Source: Sulfuricaulis sp. (lineage in GTDB: Bacteria; Pseudomonadota; Gammaproteobacteria; Acidiferrobacterales; Sulfurifustaceae). Taken from it: a stretch of DNA of 40,779 nt. Below, one piece after another: positions 39,973 through 40,779 of the stretch. Position numbers and translations under genes: made by a program. The notes under the pieces were generated by a model. The model saw only the letters and a list, made by a program, of their open reading frames with translations. It did no database searches and was not told the origin of the DNA. The DNA is taken from the NCBI GenBank assembly GCA_035456865.1, contig DATICK010000250.1, forward strand, positions 1 through 40,779, in the 5' to 3' direction. The first letter of the stretch is position 1, and each line of letters begins with the position of its first letter.

Positions 39973-40779
39973 ATGAACCAAGCGATTGACGACTACCTTA
40001 CCAAGCGCATTGGGCGCGTGCACCTGAGACAGCGGCTGGGCCTGGAGGCCGAGTACGAGGTCAAGGTGTTCCGCAAGGGCACCCATTTCTTTCATCTCGA
40101 AAACTGGTATTCGGTCCACTCGTTCATCCGCAACAGCCTGCGGCTGGTCGGCTTGCACGGCCGCGGTCGGCGCAACACGCTGCGGATCCGTCTCCGCGAG
40201 CACGAGGTCAAACTGCCGGGGCTCCCGGCGGCATTTGACGGCTACACGCTGTTGCACATCAGCGACCTGCACTTGGATATGAACCGCGAGATCGTGCACG
40301 CACTGATCGAGCGCGTGCGCACGGTGGATTACGACCTGTGCGTGCTAACCGGGGATTACCGCTACCGCACCTTCGGTCAGATCGAGTCGACGCTCGAGGC
40401 CATGGCCCTTCTGCGCGGTCACCTCAAAGACCCGGTGTACGCCGTGCTCGGCAATCACGACAGCATTCGTATGGTGCCGGGAATCGAGACGATGGGCATC
40501 CGTGTGTTGCTCAACGAATCGGTGGCGCTGGAACGAAACGGCGCAGCCATTCACCTCGCCGGTATTGACGATGCGCATTACTATCAGGTCGACAACATCG
40601 AGAAGGCGGCGCACGACATCCCGCACGAGGCGGTCTCCATTCTGCTGTCCCATACGCCCGAGGCGTACCGCAACGCCGCACACGCCGGCTTCCGTCTCAT
40701 GCTGTGCGGTCATACCCACGGCGGCCAGATCTGCCTGCCGGGGGGTATTCCCATCATCACCGACGCCGACTGTCCACGC
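39973..40779 (+). CDS. Metallophosphoesterase (YkuE/YaeI-like); runs off the right edge
   Basis: Hand translation from ATG 39973 gives HISDLH, LTGDY, VLGNHD, LSHTP, GHTHGGQ. Confidence 0.85.
   Translation, partial: MNQAIDDYLTKRIGRVHLRQRLGLEAEYEVKVFRKGTHFFHLENWYSVHSFIRNSLRLVGLHGRGRRNTLRIRLREHEVKLPGLPAAFDGYTLLHISDLHLDMNREIVHALIERVRTVDYDLCVLTGDYRYRTFGQIESTLEAMALLRGHLKDPVYAVLGNHDSIRMVPGIETMGIRVLLNESVALERNGAAIHLAGIDDAHYYQVDNIEKAAHDIPHEAVSILLSHTPEAYRNAAHAGFRLMLCGHTHGGQICLPGGIPIITDADCPR

Overview
GC-rich proteobacterial chromosome segment, probably Gammaproteobacteria; the gene set and order suggest an Acidiferrobacterales/Sulfuricaulis-like organism, which is inference only. From left to right: the 5' part of pycA (minus strand); the conserved yceD-rpmF-plsX-fabH-fabD-fabG-acpP-fabF-pabB-pabC-mltG-tmk-holB-pilZ-tatD cluster; a ~20 kb GlgE-pathway alpha-glucan/trehalose cluster (glgB, glgE, treS-mak, cmpX-like, glgX, LapA-like, GH100-like, tal, treZ, malQ-treY fusion); a canonical-looking chromosomal dif site (34786-34813); and an accessory region with a minimal channel-like protein, a HipA-like kinase plus HTH gene with three operators at 29-bp period, a beta-barrel, a zinc-ribbon protein, a SnoaL-like protein and a metallophosphoesterase. 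Three non-coding signals stand out. (1) Two copies of a ~208-nt double-hairpin element, after rpmF and after acpP, have covarying stems, a conserved linker and unrelated ~65-nt loops. (2) Two degenerate dif-like sites in direct repeat with dif divide the accessory region into cassette-like modules. (3) Tandem ~110-120-nt units re-create the RBS and start codon in front of yceD and pabC.
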